A stretch of 53,413 bases of DNA, filler included, from Sphacelaria rigidula (Eukaryota), in NCBI GenBank assembly GCA_964200075.2. It is 3 parts of 3 records of this genome, joined end to end, with 100 filler letters (N's around TTAATTAATTAA, not from the genome) between each part and the next. Parts side by side here need not be neighbours in the genome. Positions count along the whole stretch, not along the records: positions 1 to 17,738 come from CAXNAA020001003.1; 2 more parts are not named here. The stretch is one strand, 5' to 3'. The translations under genes were made by a program, and so were the position numbers. How positions within the stretch are numbered: position 1 is the first letter of the stretch; each line of letters opens with the position of its first letter. This document shows, in pieces, positions 1 through 14,300 of the stretch. The notes below the pieces were generated by a model. The model was not told the DNA's origin, searched no databases, and worked only from the letters and a program-made list of their open reading frames with translations.

Positions 1-2594
1 GCGTTGATGTGAGGCTGGCGCGATTGCGCTCAGTGTAATCTCCAGGTGGGAGCCAACGGTCGGATACGTGAGGAGTCACACTGTTTTTGAATGGGCGATT
101 CATGAGGTTTTCCCTACCCCCCCATACCCCCCCCCCCCCACGCTGGGGGGGGAGGGGCGGGAGTGCATTATGTGACAAAACTCGAAAGCAACTGCAAAGA
201 ATGAATAGTTGGACCGCCCACCACTGTACATGGTTTGTCCCGGGTTCTTCCGGGTTTTTCCGACTCATGGTGCCCCTCCATACCCCGGGCAACAACTGAG
301 AGGCCCCTTTTGATTCAAAAACTTTCCAACGCATAGAACATAGAGCACACATCAGACCACGTTACACCTCACAAAAGGTCACACGCCATGGCATCTGGGT
401 CATGGGGATCCCTGCAGACCCCCATATCCATCAGCAGCGAGCCCGATGGCCTCGAGGGTCTCGCTGCACTCCTTGCGCGTGTCACCATCACAACGCACTC
501 AGCCGTTCTACCATTTGCCATATCAACCCGCAGACAGCACCAGCACCACCAGAAGTAGCAGCTATGAGCTGTGAACGAACGCGCAGCGTACATCATTTTT
601 CAAAACAAAGATACACTAGAGAGGAGCACCATCACACTCGATTTCACCGCACAGACACGCAGCTGAACAGCTCTGGTATACACCGCCGCAGCGCTCGAAG
701 GAGCAAACAAAACCCAAGCCTAAAACCCCGGGGATGGGACGTTTTTGTCCCCTGATACTTGCGGACATTACCGATAGGTTATGTCAAACGCTGATCATAG
801 GTCATCGCCGGTAGGTTACATGTAACATCGTGGGTTATGTACATCTCTGTTCTGCCACTTTAGGTGTTGATACTCGAATCGAGAAATATCAACCATGGAT
901 AGAATGGCCCCTAACTGGCACAAAATTTCCTAATAGGTTCCTTTGCGTAGGCGCCGCAACATTAACTTACTAAATCATCATAATATGCGGCCACTTGTCA
1001 TGTCCGTCTTTGCTCCTTGATTCCCATCCTTCAACTTTCTTCTCTTCACAAGTATATCATGAAAACCATGGTACGCACGCCGCAAAAAAGGGTGGGACAA
1101 GGGACTGTCGAGAGAAAAAATTCGGACACGGAGCCCCCCCCCCTCCTCTCTCCCTTCCCTCTCGGGCAACTTTTCGAAAATTGTCATGATTTTTTTTTTC
1201 AAAGAAATTCATCAACAAACACTGACGAAAACCGGAAAGTCTAGCGGGCTTTGCGAGGTTCCTATATTTGCTTCTGCTCCTTGCCCGCCCTGTCTCGAGG
1301 ACCTCGGATGTCGGCAACGCTCACACACATATATGTACAATACACGAGCGCACGGTAGCGACAGCCTGTAGCCAAAGTATCAAGATTATTTCACGCCTCG
1401 CCAAATATTCCCGGACTACTAGTAGTGGTGGGTAGTCGAGGCACACGACACGGAACATGATTCCATAAATGTAATCATGGTATAATAGGTGATGGGATTG
1501 GAGGGGCAGTGTGTCCGTCAGCGGTCCCCATGCCAAGGATCTCTGTACACGGCAGCTGATCGCATCCGCCAACGCCTCGGCAATAAACTAAGGGATTGCA
1601 GGCTGGGTGCCCCCCCCTCAAAAACTTGAATTTTCGATCTTGGGGCCTACATGTCCCGGAATCTATTTTTGACAGACCCCTGGGTGGGAGAAAAAAAGAG
1701 ACATGGAATATGACAAAAACGGAGTATGGAATGAAACGAGTATCGATCCCGCGCGCGTACGTTCAGAATAATTTCACGACAAACTATATATTCCGTATTT
1801 GCTGCCAGCGAAGCAGCGAAGTTGATCCAATAAGATGGTAAGGAAGAGAAAACATGACGGACCACCGCCGTTGTTTCGTTCTTAGTGCGTGCTGTATCGA
1901 ACATCGAAAATAAGGGCCGCCACACTACTTACAATAAGTCGGGTGTGTAAAAAATAACGTGATGTCACAAACGCCTCGAGAACCAATTCGTAAAAATATA
2001 CAAATTTAAAAATAGGAGTACTCGTACAATCATCGTATACAGTAATACCCCACTCCTTACTTCTACTTCTTATTACTGTCAAGCTTTTCCAGTAGTTGTT
2101 CAATTCCCACGATACAACAGCCTGTACAGATCCGTACCTCTAGGATGTAGCCCTTTGGCCGATGATATATCACATAGTGGTCGCAACCGTTTATTCTATC
2201 ATCGACACCCTTGAAAATGTTCATGTGAAGACCCACACACAACCCACTCTGGTGTCCACAAGGATTGAAGTTCCTTCCTGCACGTTTCCTCTGCTCGAGT
2301 TACTCCATGTGTGCGCGTCATAGGACGGCCGTATATCCATCCTCATATACAGACACACAGACAGTACAACAGTGGTCAGTAATACTCGTACAGATTTGAC
2401 CGACACCTGAAGGAGCTGGAACCACACCTGCAGACCATTAGGGGGCAAATTATGGCGTCATCTTGTGGACGAAATCCTAACAAGCCACCACCTGCGGATC
2501 TCCACCCGGCAAGCGGGCAACAAATCACCCGCCCCTACCCCCACACAGTACACCTCGCCCCAGCACTACAGCTGCTGGAACACAGGACGCGAAC

Positions 2595-5500
2595 ATGGAT
2601 GTTTTAGGTACCTCCGTTCCCGATGATTACCAAGACCAGGTTAGTCCAGTCCGCGTACTCTATTCACTACACGGATAAATCAGTTAGCTTCATATCTCCT
2701 CATGTACTTCATCAATTTAGGTAAAGGAGAGTGTTGTGGCCGTTGGGCGCGATATCGAGAACGTGTGCATCGCGCATCACTGGGGTGATCCCGAGTGTTA
2801 TTTTGTCGTGTTGAAGTGGTGGTTTAGATTGTGATCGAAAGTTGCCTATGGTGTGAAGGCGTAGGTAGGCGGGGTGACGCGTGTAACCGAGCGATTGTCG
2901 AGACGCGCAACGTTGTCGGATCAGTTGGTGGATATGGAAATACCCGGACACGATGATATTTTGTTGTTTGAATCAGCTGTATGGATCCAGGCCGACGCCT
3001 CGTTGACTGGCCGATTTGCAGCTCACTACTAATCATTGTCACCACCACCACCACCACCACCACCACCACCACTATTATTCACCTCACGGCGCGTCACGTG
3101 CAATATGTCCAGTCTCCAAGAGGAGATACTCGTACAGGATGCTGTACTGCATGTGTGTTCCGTCGTGATCGAATAATTATGAAAATGTTTTGTTGAACTG
3201 CTGGAAAAGACTCACCTTCGAAGTTCTTCCTTGCGTGCGTGGCTTGAACGTGAAGGTATTAGTTGCATACAACAGTAGGGTACGTTACTGTGCATCATTG
3301 CACACTCGGCCGCTCTGTCGACTCCTGCATAAATCTGTGGGCCCGCCGCCGTGATGGTCGAAAGTGTTGAAGCCTGCACACACATCTGGCTTGCTGTCCG
3401 TTGTACAAGACAGGGGTGCCTGCCTACACCTACAGTGCGGTGATACATACATGAAGTTGTAATTCGTTCAAGAGTGAAAGCAGGCGCATGCAAGAACGAT
3501 GAAATGGTCCATCACTCATATTTATCGTGGATGCTGTTGTGATTCGATTTTTGTCATCTGTACTCGCCTGCTGCCGTCCCTCCTGCGCAGGCTTCGTTCT
3601 TCGATGGCTCTGCTCCCCTCAGTCAGGCAGTTGGATATGGTGCGTATAGTCTGTGAGATGTAGATCGAGATCTCTCCTAGTCCAGAAATAGGAGTACAGT
3701 CTACCGTGGTGGTCACGTGTACAAGATGGGCGGTGGCATCAGGGTATCACTGTGCGGATGACACCGAGTACATGACTCCGAGGTCCTCATGGAAGCACCA
3801 CGGAAAGTATCACTCGACGAACGTGCGCGCTCGCCACAAACTGTTGTCCTGTACACAACTAATGATGTACTGCATTCAACACTCACGTGTACATCGACGG
3901 GAAGTCCCCATCCGAGGGGATGACGTGGTACACAACAAATGAGGGAAAATTCTAGGCTCACGCTCACATGCGCGTTTTTGCCGAATCTGTGGATATGTTA
4001 CATCAACTCCTTCCGCTGCCGGAATAGAGAACGTGTCAGATGTGTCACAGCCCTTTAGGAGAGTCCACGCGAACTCGGTGACAAAACCATGATGAAAATG
4101 GCACCGGTGCTGCCGATTCGGGCTCTGGTCATGAACATTTGGCCCACGAAACCATTATATGCCTTCTCCTGATCGATTCGAGTCGTCTAGTTGGCGGGAA
4201 CCTAGACCGCAGGTGGACATTGTGGTTGCAGCAGGGTGATACCGCAGTCGGATTCTTTCTTTCTTCGTTTACATATACCTCTGATGACGTTATAGCTTTC
4301 ACTACCCCCGTCTCACATGATGATTATCTCCGTTTCCGCCGCGACCAGCTGACACAACAGTGTGCTACCCAGCTTATTTGCAACGACCGCCCTTGCCTGC
4401 ATCCCTGCTTGCGTCTTCTCTGTATCTTGCAGTCGTCGTGCTGATCTTCGGTGTCTTCTTCTCCTTCTTCACTAGTGAGTTATAATTGTCGGGGGGTATC
4501 ATTTATTTTCACGGTGTCCATGCTTGGTCTTACATTGACTTGATTTGGGGGTTGATGATCTTGGTATGTATCTTGTGTCACTGTAGCTATATAACAGTGG
4601 ATTTTGTTGCCCCGCCTTCATAGTTGAGCGCATCAGCTGAGTCACACAAGTGACCGTGGCGATGTCGTGTCGCCATCGCAGGGGCATCGACGAGTTCAAC
4701 CAGCGAACAATTGACTACTGATTACTCAAATCCGCTGCGCTGTGTTGAAAATTCCCGATTCGTCAAGCTTGAGGAGTTGAGGAGCGAATTTCGCAACATT
4801 AAACCAAAGCAGAGTAGTGGATGGGAGCCGGTGGGCCACGTGTACAAAGAGTCATATGCATCCTTTTCACGTTTCCGTTTATGATGGTTGTCGGTTGCTC
4901 TGAAGTTCTGTCGAACTTCACGGGCATTCATATCAATGCCGATGCTTCTGGTGTTGAATCTCGAGGTGCGAAAACATTGCTGGCCGATATCCTACTAAAG
5001 GTACGAGATCGAGGGGTTGACAAATTAGTCATGTTGAGACATCGGGACATTCGACACCTCGTCGTTCGACTTGGTATGTTGGCTCTCGTGCAACGGCCGA
5101 CTCCGGCTGGTGTGGATAATGAGTTCGCATCATATAAGGTTGGACTGTACTCTTGAGTCTCATTGAGAATATTGGAGCGCGTACCGGGGGAGAAACATGG
5201 GCTGATCGCCCGTGACAACCGACTAGTACGAATGAAAGGCAGGGGTTGGAAGTGTGAGGACTGTTGTATCTACCTTGATTGCATGATGAAGTCTGGATGT
5301 AAACGAAAAGGGAAGAAGAAAACCGTTCATGACGGTCCTCAATGAAAAACTAAGCTGTTGATCCATGACATCGTGAGACTAATCATGATCCAAATGAGGA
5401 TGCCGACTGCTACAGTGAACAAAGTGCACTCGACATGGTGATACAAATAACACGGGGTTTCAAATAGCTCCAACCTGACATCTGACTCTTGGAACTGTCA

Positions 5501-8500
5501 CATCTATGTGACCGACAAAGCACCTGACGAAATGGTGTCCTCGTCTGTCTTTTGTCATTCGAAGAGTACTTGCAGGACCATGGAATGTACATACATGATT
5601 CAATTTCGTTTCCTGTCGAGTACTGCACCGGCATCGCCCTGTCATGATTTCTCGATCTGGGGTTTCGGTGTTCATGCCCACTGATTCAGTTCGCCCTTGT
5701 TCAGTTCGTCACCCCTCTCGGCGCACGACCCCACCTCATCCCTCGTGTTTCCTCGCGTCTCGTATCTCCCTTGCTTCGCCTGAAATCACCTCTCACGTAC
5801 CGCATCAGCCATTCTCGTCTGGATGGACGCTAAGTTCAATGGCGTGAACATCACGTCCGAGCACTTCAACACCGCAGGCCGCAGCATCAAGACCGGTCTC
5901 ACCGCATCCGTTATTGTGTCTCAGTGGACCTGGGCCGCGACCCTTCTTCAGTCCTCGAACGTAGCCTTCCAGTATGGCGTGTCGGGCCCCTTCTGGTATG
6001 CGTCGGGCGCAACCATCCAGGTACAAAGCGATTCTCTTGTGTCTGCGACTACTTGAATCCTGAAGGAAATGTATGACTGTAGAGATGGAAGGACCAAGAA
6101 ATATGAAAAAATGAGGGAAGAGACCGACTCTGCCCAACGCGACTTTGTTGCAATGGCGATGCTTGCTGTGGGGCTAACCCGCGAGTGTTCTCGATCGTTG
6201 ACCCGCCCTTTCCCGCGGGGCTGGCCCATGCTCTGACCCACGAGACGAAATAAAACGGAAACGAATGAATATATAACATGAAGGAAAACAAGAATGATCA
6301 ATACACCATACTCGGGTCCCACCCTTGAGTGTAACAAGGTGGTGGGCACGTGGAATAAGTCGACTACGCTCGAGAACCACAACTGTGCTGCACGTGACAG
6401 TCTCGAACATATCACTGATTTTTGCGTTGCTGAACTCTTGACGGATTCAACACGAGATCTTCACAAAATGGGGATGAGGAACACGGAGCATTGAAATCTT
6501 CGTTTCCACACCAAATCTTCAAAATATGGGTCCATTTCTTCACCTACTGATTGCTATTGACAACTGCCACACGCCATGGGAAATTAGATTTTTAAAACCA
6601 TTTTTGACGTCCCCGTGTCCAGCCGAAATTCCACAACATTGCTTATTCACCTAAGACGTGACATTTGGGTGATCGAAATCCAAATTCCCATGGCTTGTTG
6701 CGGTTGTCAACAGCTATCAGTAAATGGAGGAAGATTGAACCATATTCTGAAGATTTGGTGCTGATACGAAGATTTTAGTTCTCCGTGTTTCTCATTCCCG
6801 ATAAATGGTCCATCGCCAATTTACAAGACCCCGTGTGGTGAGAAATACTGATGTGTACCTGGAAACTAAACCACGACTGACGTGGGGGGTCGTACGGACT
6901 GCCGGTCATGAGTACCCCCGCCATCCTGAGTTGCCATCCCCAATCCCCCATGATGCGTCATCCGCCAGCACAACCCGCTAACGTCTATAATACGGAGGTC
7001 TGTAGTCTTCCCGTCAACTTGGAGCGGAACCTGTCACTTCGTCATTCATGGCATCATGCATTCTAGTGTATGTGAGGTGCGCAGATTCACATTCGTGGGC
7101 CGTCTCGTGAGAGACTCTCACCCCGCTCCCTTCCCCCCTTTTTCGTGCTCACTGTTACCTCCCGTCAGGTGCTCTTGTTCGGCATCCTCGCCATCGAGGT
7201 GAAGAGGAAAGCGCCCACCTGCCACACCTTCCTTGAGATTATTCAGGCCCGCTGGGGCGACACCGCGCACAAGGTGTTCCTCGTGTTCGCCTTGCTGACC
7301 AACATCATCGTGACGTCCATGCTCCTGCTCGGCGGCGCCGCCACCGTGAACGCGCTCACCGGAATGAACCTCAATCTGGCCTCCTTCCTCATCCCATGGG
7401 GTGTGATCGCCTACACCATGGCCGGCGGCCTGAAGGCGACTTTCCTGGCGTCCTACACGCACACCGCCGTCCTATTCGTTGCTCTCCTCATCTTCGTGTT
7501 CGTCATCTACACAGGCTCCGACGAATTTGTGGGGAGGTAGGAGAAGTGTCCGATCATGAAGGGAAGGGAGGGGGTGGGGGGCAGGAAAACATTTTACCGG
7601 CAGCTTCGTACCTAGCAGCCCACACCCGTTCGTTACTGGAAAGCCCTTCATATTTGTATACAGTTATTTCGAAATGATGAAACTTATGAAACATTCCCAC
7701 TGGCAACTATTTTGTGGACGCGTTGTAATGGATGTTTTCACATCTGGCGTAACTTGCGGGCACTACTTGCGTAGTACATCAAACCAACGACACACTCGAA
7801 TACTCCCACTTGCGACAGTGACTCACTTCGAACTAGGTGAAGCGCCGAAATACTCTTGTCCCTGGAAAACCGTTCGAGTATCCCACGTCCCCCGTTTGAC
7901 TTGCCTGAAATGACAGCCCCGGTAGAATGTACTCGAAGCTGCAAGATGTGGTCAAGATCACCGACTGCACCTACGGATCCACGGGACAGTTCACTCTCAC
8001 CGGATGCGGCCCCGTCGACGGTAACGAGAGCGGCTCGTACCTCACCATGCTCTCCCGCGAGGGCTTCATCTTTGGCATCATCAACATCGTCGGTAACTTC
8101 GGTACCGTGTTCGTGGACCAGTCCTACTGGCAGTCCGCCATCGCCGCTAAACCTCAGTCTTCGCACAAGGGGTACGTGGAACCGTAAGGCCGTTGAAATG
8201 TGTACAGGAGAAGTTACTCGAGGGGGGATCAAGCGTTCGCTCATCAGTTGATCATGAAACAGTCGTGCATGTTACTGATGCAAGTGGGTCTTCAGGGTTT
8301 TGAACCAGAGCGAAAAAACGAACACATGAGCAGGACAAACCCCGGGCAGCCTCTTCGTACCCGTAATCCTTCAACCGATATGGTTGATCATATGCGTATT
8401 TTCTGATTTTGGTAAAATAACGCCTATTCAGCAAATCGTCTACCGTGGCGATCGAAGGGGCTGGCTCACTTTTTGAGTGTTTTCTATCGTGGAAAACTCT

Positions 8501-11372
8501 GCGCATGCCGTGCTTGAAATACCCCCAGAAACCATAAAACATCGAACATGAAACCCGGGAACGTCATGAGCGTGCTCTCGTTTTCTGTCTCTCGTGTAAT
8601 CTGCTCGGTATGCCGTACATGATGTGAGTCGGCAACGCTCCCCCCTACATCATGACCAGAGTAATTTCAATTCCACTCTCAATATTTTCAACTTTTACCC
8701 TTCCCGACGCGTTCCGTACGTGAAAAAAAACAGTTACCTCCTTGGTGGCATGTGCTGGTTCACCATCCCCTTCGCATTGGCCACGTCTCTCGGCCTCGCG
8801 GCCCTCGCCATGCAGCTTCCCATCACCAGTACCGAGGCCGGTTCCGGTCTAGTACCCCCAGCAACCGCCCTCTTCGTGCTGGGCAAGGGCGGGGCCACAC
8901 TCATCCTCATCATGCTTTTCATGGCCGTGACCTCCACTGGATCCGCCGAGCTGATCGCGGTGTCTTCGCTCATCTCGTACGACGTGTACCGGGCATACAT
9001 CAACCCCGACGCTAGCGGCGATGATATTCTCAAGGTATCACGTGATGATTGTACTGTGTGGTGGCTCAAACCGCGCGACCAAGTTTTTTGGCCGATTCTT
9101 GCACCGGAACGAAGTATCCTCCGGTCCGCGTGGTCAGCTGATCGGCGTATGTATGTCTTGATACAGCATGCGTCTACCTGCGCCTTCGTACACTCGTTCC
9201 GAAGTGATGGCTGCTGAGAGATGAATACTGTACTGTAACTCCTATGGGCCGAGGGCTATCGCGAAAGGCGCGGCAAAACATGATCACAGAATCGAGTATT
9301 ATCGAGGCCTCACACGGTACCTTCTGGCAACTGGTCGGTCGGTATTCGTGAATTAGATTGCAAAATGATGTTTCAGATGACTGAGCTATCTTGCTCACCC
9401 TCCCCTCGTGGACACGCACGTCCATCTTTATCCCTCTCTGCCCTTGTTCCACCCTCTCATTTTTTTTCCCATCCGGTAACCCCTGACCCCCCCTGATCCT
9501 CAACGCACAGGTTTCCCGGTATGTCGTGTTCATCTTCGGTGCTCTGATGGGTCTGCTGTCCATCGTGCTAAACGAGATCGGCCTCAACCTCGGGTGGGTA
9601 TACCTTTTCATGGGTATCGTTGTCGGTTCCGCTGTGGTACCCGTATCACTCGTGCTCACCTGGAAGAAGGCTACCGCGACGGGTGCCATCTCCGGCGCCG
9701 TCATCGGACAGCTGTGCGCAGTCGTCGCCTGGCTGGTGAGTGATATCCAGTCGAGTGACTCGTGGAATTCCTCAGCTGAAAGTTGTTGCGTTAAACTGCC
9801 GAACCCCCCTGAAAGGCGGCGGCTCATGATCACGAGGGACGCCGGTTGCCTCCCCATCATCATCGGCGAGTCTAAGATGGACTCTTGCTCCACCAAAAGT
9901 GGTGAATTCGTTAAAACGTTTCTCCGAAGCCCCCCTCAGGTCGGTTGCTCTGCGGACGTTCATCGTGTTGACGAGCATGTAATATGTAACGAAGTCGCTC
10001 GCTTCGAACGTCGTTATACTTCCCGCCTCCCCAGCCCGATACCCCCTTCTAGTCAACCCCACCGCCCTCTCACCCCCTCTCCTCACTGGTCCTAATTTTT
10101 CGCGCTTGTCTCCCTCATCGTGTCCACCAAACACCACATCGCAGGTGTCCGCCTCCGCTCTCGAGGGCGAGGTCACCATCGACACGCTGGGCATGAACTA
10201 CCCCATGCTCACTGGAAACTTGGTGGCCATCTGCCTGTCAGGCATTGTGTGCATTGCCATTTCTCTTGCCAACCCCGATGACTACGACTGGGAGTCCACC
10301 AGGCAGATCAGGATGGTGGAGACCTCCGACAACGCGTGGTACAACGACGTGGACTACAACGAGGATTCTCTGGCCGCGGCTAAGAGCTGGATCATGAAGA
10401 TGGGGCTAGCGTTTACGGTAGTTATCGTCATCGTTTGGCCCGTACTGTCCCTTCCTGCTGGTGTCTTCTCTGAGGGATACTTCGACTTCTGGGTGAGAGG
10501 TTCCGTCCAGTACCGATGTACGAGTCAAATTACGCGTACAGAAGTGAACAAGACACTTCCAATTACTTCCGATCAGAACCGTCATGGCCTCGTGCCTCGT
10601 TTTCGTGAGGATATCAAAGAGGTTCGTTGCCACCCACGCACACACCGGCATTTGTCATGTTCTACCCCGGCTGTGTCGGAACGCTACAGTAATGTCTAGC
10701 AACACCGAGCACAGGCGTGCCTTTTGTGTGCAGACCCACATGTTCTTCATTCTCACATCCCATGCTTTAGATCTCTCACTCTTTGCTCATCGGAACCAAA
10801 CGTCCATGACAGGTGGCGCTTTCGATGATCTGGGGTTTAGTATCAACGGTGTTCGTCGTGTTCCTCCCCCTGTGGGAATCCAAGGATTCCATCCTGCATG
10901 TCATAACTGGCATGTGCGGCGGTGGTTCCGCGGTCGCCGACAAGACGGCCGCCCCTGCAGCTGTGTGAGTAACATTAGCGATGATTATGTTATTTATTCC
11001 CCCAATGATGAGAGAAGGGACCATGGGAGCGTTTATTCACGAATCCCTTGCGATTGTTTGTTGGATATACGAAATATGATTTTCACGAACATGATTGAAA
11101 TATTATTTCTCGGACACGCACCTTGGTTTCTTTCTTCATTTGTTTTTTGTTACCCTGGGAGGTCCATGCCGATTATCAGGGGCACTAGCCGTGGTTATTC
11201 CACTGAGTCCAGACCGCGGCCGTGTCATCCATCAACGGGTCGCTTCATGTGTTGATTTCTAGCTCGACACTTTCTTCCCGTGTCCATTGACTTCTCTGTT
11301 GATTCCGTCGCCCCTTGCTGTGTGAACGTTTTGCGTCGAGTCAGGCCCACCGTGGACGCCATGAAGGCCTAA
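2595..11372 (+). CDS. DUR3: Urea-proton symporter DUR3 (sodium:solute symporter superfamily), complete, 11 exons, 674 aa
   Basis: Exons with GT-AG boundaries and consistent phases: 2595-2639, 3591-3639, 4433-4474, 5809-6020, 7169-7536, 7917-8171, 8734-9034, 9511-9735, 10145-10492, 10813-10964, 11345-11372 (2025 nt). Translation [132 protein letters not shown]...[21 protein letters not shown]...[24 protein letters not shown]...LPLWES...VPTVDAMKA* contains the hallmark DUR3 motifs. The first and last micro-exons are the least certain. Confidence 0.96.
3040..3072. repeat. (ACC)n microsatellite in DUR3 intron 1
   Basis: About 11 perfect CAC/ACC units; source of the poly-T and poly-V ORFs in the track. 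Confidence 0.95.
6471..6799. repeat. Long imperfect inverted repeat (foldback) in DUR3 intron 4; MITE-like or hairpin RNA
   Basis: Left arm (~6471-6612) cacggagcattgaaatcttcgtttccacaccaaatcttcaaaatatgg...tactgattgctattgacaactgc...gccatgggaa aligns with the reverse complement of the right arm (~6655-6799) cacggagaactaaaatcttcgtatcagcaccaaatcttcagaatatgg...tactgatagctgttgacaaccgc...gccatgggaa. Confidence 0.85.
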
Positions 11373-14300
11373 GAACAGCGGGCAAACCGCGGATATTTTA
11401 GCTGTAGCGGGGTACGATATGCATAACGCATGAGTCCGTTATTGTACCGACTACGTCCCAAGAAACATCATGAGGCATGGAGAGTGGAGTGGCGGCAGAT
11501 GTCCCATTCAGCACGGCAGGGATCAATTCGCCTTTCTTGTTTCGGGGAAAGTCGGATTGGATTTGGCAGCGTTCCTCCATATTCCTTTTTGCATTTTTTT
11601 CAAATCTTGTGTTTTTGGGGTCGTTCGGACGATATCGTGCATCACACCCTTCGGAACGTGTATGTGTTCCGTGTCCCTACATCTGGGCATTTCCCGGAGT
11701 TGAGTTCATAAGGGAATTCGATGTTTGTGTGGGGCTCGCTCACACACAGCACTCCCCCTCGGTAGAACTTCATTGTGTCTTCGTCCAGCCCGCCCAGCAG
11801 TGCCACGAGCTTCCCTCTGGACGCGGAGATAGTTCACTTTTTTTACATTTTTATTCGATACAGTGCGTCTGCGCAGTGTTTTACCCCGTACTTGATGATG
11901 GTGCCTTCGAGGAGGGAAGACGCACATACGGTGTACAAAGCAAAATAGACGGGTCTTGACATGCCCAGAGGCACGATTGAAGACACGCCCATTTGCAGAG
12001 CTTGATGCTAGTTTTGGAGCTCAATTCTTGGTGGATAAAGGCTTGTCGTGTAATCTAGTGTGATGTTTCGAACTTGCCGAGACCCCTGTAAATGTTCACA
12101 CGAGATCACAACTCGAAATTGGAGGAGGGTCGTTTACCAAATCATATGAATTCTTTACATTGTTGCGATTGTTACGATCGGTCGTTTGTTACTTGCGCGT
12201 ACGTACGCGGCATATGAAGAACAAACACGTTCGTCACCATTGTTTTTGTCTTGCAAGAAAATCATGGTGGGGGGGGGGATCATGTAAGGCCTGGAAGAGT
12301 CGCGGCGTCATGTATCACATGCTGTAGGGTCGTACGGAGTGTAGTGGTCGTCATGATCTCGGTCAAAAATGACGACGACAGACGATGGGTCGGTTATCGT
12401 TCTGTTATGCTCTACTCGAGTGACCTTGGTCGCATATATATATACAAGACTGTTGGCTGACCCCGGCGTGTCATGTGTTTTGGATTACCACATACGAGAC
12501 GGGATTTCCGAGAGCCCTTCGAATGTCACTCCCTTATCACTCATGGAGGGGGATGGTGCAGCTGTGGCGAAGGTGCATTAGTATGATTTTGTTATTTTGT
12601 GACTCAGCTACTGAAGGCTTTGGATTGAGGAGAGAAAAAAATGTAGGAATTTGGGGCAGACGAAGGTCATTCTACCGCTCTCGCGAAGATGATGGGTTGT
12701 ACGTGGTAACAAGTCGAAATACACGACGCCGGTTCCCCCATTTTTATGAGTTGGATGTTTTTATGACACTGTTGTGTTCGAACGTGAACAACGTCATTGT
12801 TCGGCAGGTGCTCAGCTGTCAATCATCACGATGATGAGATTATCATTGTACGGGGAACTTACGAATGACTTTGTTTGAATCTTCCCTTTTCACTTGTTCC
12901 TTTTAAAATACATGCAGATTCGGGCTTTGCATAATCAATCTCTTCTCGAACGCCGGGGTGCACTCCTCCAAGTTCCAAAGCCCCAATAAATCATTCGATT
13001 TTGCCCAAAAAAGCGAGTTGTGTTTCATGACTCGGTGGTCGAGGGGGAGCATCCGTTTAATATGAAATAGGTGCAGAAATATTTTTAAGATTGAGGATTC
13101 GACTACGGACAAGACACGAGGCCCCAAATACCGCCAACCAAAAAATAGATGACTAAAAATCGCAACGTCCCATCTTGCGGCCTCTCGAGGGGCGTCATAC
13201 ATACAAGCATACCAGGTGTATCACGACGAGCACTAAATGACATCGCGGCACCCCTCATTGGGGGGATTCACCCCCCACCGGACACTTCTGACCGTCGTCA
13301 ATGCCGTGCTATTTGGGCTTTGTCGGTCTCCCGTCTAATCGCACGCAGTCGGCTGGTCTCCTCTTCATTCCTGTGTCATGAGGTCATGAACCCCCGGCTC
13401 CCTGCAGCACCCCCGCGTGCCACGGCGAAACCCCCTCTCCGCATACGTAGAGTAGGATGCAGCGATTTTATTCAGACGGGATACACCTCTGCAAACTATC
13501 CCGCGCCGCGTTCTGTAGTCTTATCGGAAACGGAAATACTGAACCGTAGGTCAGAAAAATGCGACGTCGGTTGTCCCTGTTGGTGAATGCGCTAGGGTTT
13601 TTGCCTGATCTAGTGTAGTGTCTGACCCTCCAGTCCTGATCCTGATGTTGGTGTCGATCCTTGACATACTGACAACCCGAGTGGAGAGAAAAAACAGAGT
13701 TGAAGAGGATCCATGCTGTGTGAGAGTGTGGGTCATGATCCGATCCGCGATACTAATTTGCAAGGTTTGCACCGGGGGAGAGACACCTTGATCCCTTGAG
13801 ACCACGGACTTGTGCCGAGGACGGGGAGATGCGATTACTTGATATGAATACGAATTTAGTATTTACGCGAACCCGTAGTCCGCACTTGAGATGTGTAGCG
13901 GTGCGAGTGCGAAAAAATGGACATGCAGAAGAGACGGGTGAACGGCTGCACCCGTGAAGTATTCGACATCCGTGCCGATCGTTGAAGCACCATCCCGTAA
14001 TTGATCGCAGACATGAAAATAGCTGAAGCAGCACACTTTCAACATAAGATGTAGTCGTCAATTACTGTGTCATGCCCGAACGTCCGGATCTCACAGCAGC
14101 AGCACCAGCAGCACCAGCAGTAGTAGTTAATTTTGACTGTTGACCAGGTCATTCAACTGTCAACCAGATTCTTTCGACTGTCAACTAGAGCAGGGTCTAT
14201 CTCTCTCGAGAGACTATGAAGAAACAAAAAGGCAGGACTAATTCCGAGTGGATACATGGTAGTACATGCATGCCTGGCTGCCTGGCGCGACTGACTTTGT

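Noticed and set aside
402-755. 117-aa plus ORF with an ATG in good-looking context at 564
   Set aside because: No recognisable domain, no splice partner, and low-complexity composition.
8305-8592. Weak inverted similarity at the ends of a segment in DUR3 intron 6 (possible old MITE)
   Set aside because: Too degenerate to support by eye.
9174-9896. 240-aa minus-strand ORF and similar long ORFs (7738-8244, 43603-44316, 49473-50093)
   Set aside because: They are antisense shadows of GC-rich DUR3 or RCC1 exons with no independent motifs.
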